DNA of 64,000 bases, from assembly GCF_047601565.1 (NCBI RefSeq), contig NZ_JASGIY010000001.1, forward strand, positions 3,126,999 to 3,190,998. The letters run 5' to 3'. The stretch's first letter is position 1. Every line of letters starts with the position of its first letter. The translations under genes were made by a program, and so were the position numbers. The stretch is from Rudaea sp. Lineage in GTDB: Bacteria > Pseudomonadota > Gammaproteobacteria > Xanthomonadales > Rhodanobacteraceae. Under the pieces are notes generated by a model that was not told the DNA's origin, did not search any database, and saw only the letters and a list, made by a program, of their open reading frames with translations. Below, piece after piece: positions 61,136-64,000 of this stretch.

Positions 61136-64000
61136 ATGCGCCTTACCACGATCAAACTCTCCGGATTCAAATCTTTCGTCGATCCGACTGTCCTGCACCT
61201 GCCCACGAACATGACCGGCGTGGTCGGCCCGAACGGCTGCGGCAAGTCCAACATCATCGATGCGATCCGCTGGGTGATGGGCGAGAGCGCGGCGAGCCGC
61301 CTGCGCGGCGACGCGCTGAGCGACGTGATCTTCTCCGGCTCGACCGGGCGCAAGCCGGTCGGCACGGCACAGGTGGAGTTGATCTTCGACAATTCCGACG
61401 GCCTCGTCGTCGGCGAGTACGCCAAGTACAACGAAATCTCGGTCAAGCGCGTGGCCAGCCGCGACGGCCAGTCGCAGTATTTCCTCAACGGCGCGCGCTG
61501 TCGCCGCCGCGACATCACCGACCTGTTCCTCGGCACCGGCCTCGGCGCGCGCAGCTACTCGATCATCGAGCAGGGCATGATCTCCGAGATCATCTCCGCG
61601 CATCCGGACGAACTGCGCGGGCACCTCGAAGAAGCCGCCGGCATTTCCAAGTACAAGGAACGGCGCAAGGAAACCGAGAGCCGCATCAAATCCACGCGCG
61701 AGAACCTCGAACGCCTGAACGACGTACGCGAGGAAGTCGACAAGCAGCTCGAACACTTGAATCGCCAGGCCAAGGCCGCCGCGCGCTGGCAGGAACTGAA
61801 AGCCGAACAGGCGAAGAAGGAATCCGAACTGCGCGGCCTGTACTACCGCGCGATCGCGACTGAACTCGAAGGCCACGGCGACGCGTTGCGCGAGGCCGAA
61901 ACCGGCATCGAGAAGCTCGTCGCCGACCAGCGCGGAATCGAGGCGCAACTCGAAACGCTGCGCGAGACGCATCAGGGCGCGACCGATCATTTGAACGGCG
62001 TGCAGGGCGAGGTCTACCGCGTCGGCGGCGACATCGCCCGCGTCGAGCAGCAGATCCAGCACAACAAGGAACTCGGCGAGCGCCTCGAACGCGCGCGCGT
62101 CGAAACCGAGAACGCCTATGCCGAACTCGGCGAGCACATCGCCGCCGACCGCGAGCAGATCGAAGCGCTGCGCGCCGCGCTGCTTGATGGCGAGCCGAAA
62201 CTCGAAGCGCAGCGTGAAGCCGCCGGGCAGACCGCCGAGGCCCAACAGGCAGCGGAAGCCGCGCTCGCCGAATGGCAGTCGCAATGGGACGAGCACGCCA
62301 AGGCCAGCGCCAATTCGGGCCAGGCCGCCGAGGTGGAACGCACGCGCTTGGACTACCTCGACCGCCAGTCGATGGAAACCGGCCGCCGCCTTGAAGCGCT
62401 GCGCGCGGAAAAACGGGCCGCCGATTTCGCCGCGCTCAGCGCGGCGGCGGAAAAACTCGCGGCCGACCACGACGAGCACAAAGAGAAGGTCGAAACCTTC
62501 ACAGCGATGCTCGACGAGCGCAAGGCCAAGTACGAAGAACTCGCCGGCGAGGAACATCAGGCCAGCGCGTGGCTCGGCGAGGGCCGCACGCAGTTGCAGG
62601 CGATGCGTGGCCGGCTCGCTTCGCTCGAAGCCTTGCAGCACGCGGCGCTCGGTCAGGAGAGGTCGCCTGCGCACGAGTGGCTGGAACGGCTCGGGTTCGA
62701 CAAGGCGCCGCGCCTGGGTGAAGCGCTCGATGTCGAAGCCGGTTGGGAAACCGCAGTCGAGACGGTGTTGTCGGGCCTGTTCGACGGCGTGCTTGTCGAT
62801 GCGCCGTTCGATTTCCTCGGCGAACTCGCGCAGGCGAACAGCGTGGACATCGTGCTGGTCGCGGCGGAGCAGGGTGGTGCCGCGCGCGCGGGCACGCTTG
62901 CCGCGCACGTGCGGGGACCCGCGGCCGCACTGCACATTCTCGACAGCGTCTACACAGCCGATTCGATCGGCGCCGCACACGAACGCGCGCGCAACCTCGC
63001 GCCGCACGAATCGGTCATCACGCCGGCCGGCGAATGGCTCGGTGCCGGCTTCGCACGTGTGCGCCGGCGCGGCGACGCGCAGGCGGGCGTCATCGCGCGC
63101 GAAAAGGAAATCCACGTGCTCAAGGACGAAATCGCCGCCTCCGAGCAGCGCATTTCCTCGCTAGGCATGCGCTTCGACGAGATCAAGGCCCAGCGCGCCG
63201 ACGCCGAACGCGCGCGCGACGACGCGCAGCGCGAACTCTACGTAGCCCATCGCCGCGTCGCCGAACTTGCCGGGCAGTTGCAGAGCCATCGCGGCAAGCT
63301 CGAAACCGCGCAGGCACGCATCGCGAGAGTCGACGGCGAGATCGCCGAACTCGAAATCAAGCTCGCCGCCGACGACACCGCCACGCGCGAGGCGCGCGCG
63401 CGGCTCGAAGAGGCCGTCTCGCACATGGGCGACCAGGAACAGCGCCGCCAGCATCTCGACGGCGAGCGTCGCCGTCTGCTCGAAGCGCGCGAGGAAGCGC
63501 GCATGAACGCGCGCGAGGCGTCCGAACAGATGCACCGGCTCGCGCTCGACATCGAATCCAAGCGCACAGGCGTCACCGCGCTCGAACAGGCGCTGCTGCG
63601 CATGCACGGCCAGCTTTCCCAGCTCGAAGCGCGCAAGGCCGAAATCGTGCAGCAACTGGCATCGGGACAGACGCCGCTCGCCGATCTCGAAGCCGAGCGC
63701 CAGATCTACCTCGACCAGCGCCTGCTGGTCGACAAGCAACTCGTCGAGGCGAGAAAGGCGCTCGAGACGCACGACCACGAATTCCGCGGCCACGAGCAGG
63801 AGCGCCACCGCATCGAACATCTGTTGCAGCAGGCGCGCGAGGCGTTGTCGGAGAAACGTCTCGCCGAGCACGGCCTGAAGATGCGCGCGCAGCAGTTGCA
63901 GGATGCGATCGTCGCCGCGGGCCACGAATTCGCCACGCTGGTCGAGGCGTTGCCGCAAGGCGCCGATCCGCAGGAGTGGCAGAACGACATCAACGAACTC
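61136..64000 (+). CDS. smc: Chromosome segregation protein SMC (3' end outside window)
   Basis: Manual translation MRLTTIKLSGFKSFVDP...GPNGCGKSN...IIEQGMIS; long coiled coil. Confidence 0.93.
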   Translation, partial: MRLTTIKLSGFKSFVDPTVLHLPTNMTGVVGPNGCGKSNIIDAIRWVMGESAASRLRGDALSDVIFSGSTGRKPVGTAQVELIFDNSDGLVVGEYAKYNEISVKRVASRDGQSQYFLNGARCRRRDITDLFLGTGLGARSYSIIEQGMISEIISAHPDELRGHLEEAAGISKYKERRKETESRIKSTRENLERLNDVREEVDKQLEHLNRQAKAAARWQELKAEQAKKESELRGLYYRAIATELEGHGDALREAETGIEKLVADQRGIEAQLETLRETHQGATDHLNGVQGEVYRVGGDIARVEQQIQHNKELGERLERARVETENAYAELGEHIAADREQIEALRAALLDGEPKLEAQREAAGQTAEAQQAAEAALAEWQSQWDEHAKASANSGQAAEVERTRLDYLDRQSMETGRRLEALRAEKRAADFAALSAAAEKLAADHDEHKEKVETFTAMLDERKAKYEELAGEEHQASAWLGEGRTQLQAMRGRLASLEALQHAALGQERSPAHEWLERLGFDKAPRLGEALDVEAGWETAVETVLSGLFDGVLVDAPFDFLGELAQANSVDIVLVAAEQGGAARAGTLAAHVRGPAAALHILDSVYTADSIGAAHERARNLAPHESVITPAGEWLGAGFARVRRRGDAQAGVIAREKEIHVLKDEIAASEQRISSLGMRFDEIKAQRADAERARDDAQRELYVAHRRVAELAGQLQSHRGKLETAQARIARVDGEIAELEIKLAADDTATREARARLEEAVSHMGDQEQRRQHLDGERRRLLEAREEARMNAREASEQMHRLALDIESKRTGVTALEQALLRMHGQLSQLEARKAEIVQQLASGQTPLADLEAERQIYLDQRLLVDKQLVEARKALETHDHEFRGHEQERHRIEHLLQQAREALSEKRLAEHGLKMRAQQLQDAIVAAGHEFATLVEALPQGADPQEWQNDINEL

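Overview
High-GC chromosomal window, probably from a Xanthomonadales/Rhodanobacteraceae-like gammaproteobacterium (inferred from the synteny epmB-efp-amidohydrolase-ubiG-gph, pyrC-yidD-dksA, trxB-ftsK-lolA-rarA, yciI-bolA-ppiC-queF-smc). Five accessory blocks interrupt the backbone. (1) 1-7280: right part of a satellite-like element bounded by a 3' tRNA-Asn duplication. It encodes an integrase, AlpA/Xis, a Spo11/TopoVI-A-like Toprim protein, an HTH protein with iterons, TerS, TerL and a scaffold-like protein that runs off the window. (2) 7391-9709: a decayed zone with a VOC gene, an IS110/IS1111 remnant that retains its downstream non-coding region, and an IS3 lacking its left IR. (3) 34931-43731: a complete ~8.8 kb satellite in tRNA-Pro(CGG) with integrase, Mor-like activator, AlpA, primase-helicase and a protease-major capsid fusion, but no portal or recognisable terminase. 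(4) 48652-50251: a chimeric, split ftsK paralogue with a TM/zinc-finger N-terminus directly behind the real ftsK. (5) 51069-56306: a sulP-rhodanese-Family 2A encapsulin-cysteine desulfurase islet between lolA and rarA, flanked by palindromic repeats. Many REP/dRS3-like doublets are present, and one lies in frame inside the 5' end of an M23 peptidase gene. All product calls come from motif recognition by eye; no database searches were run.
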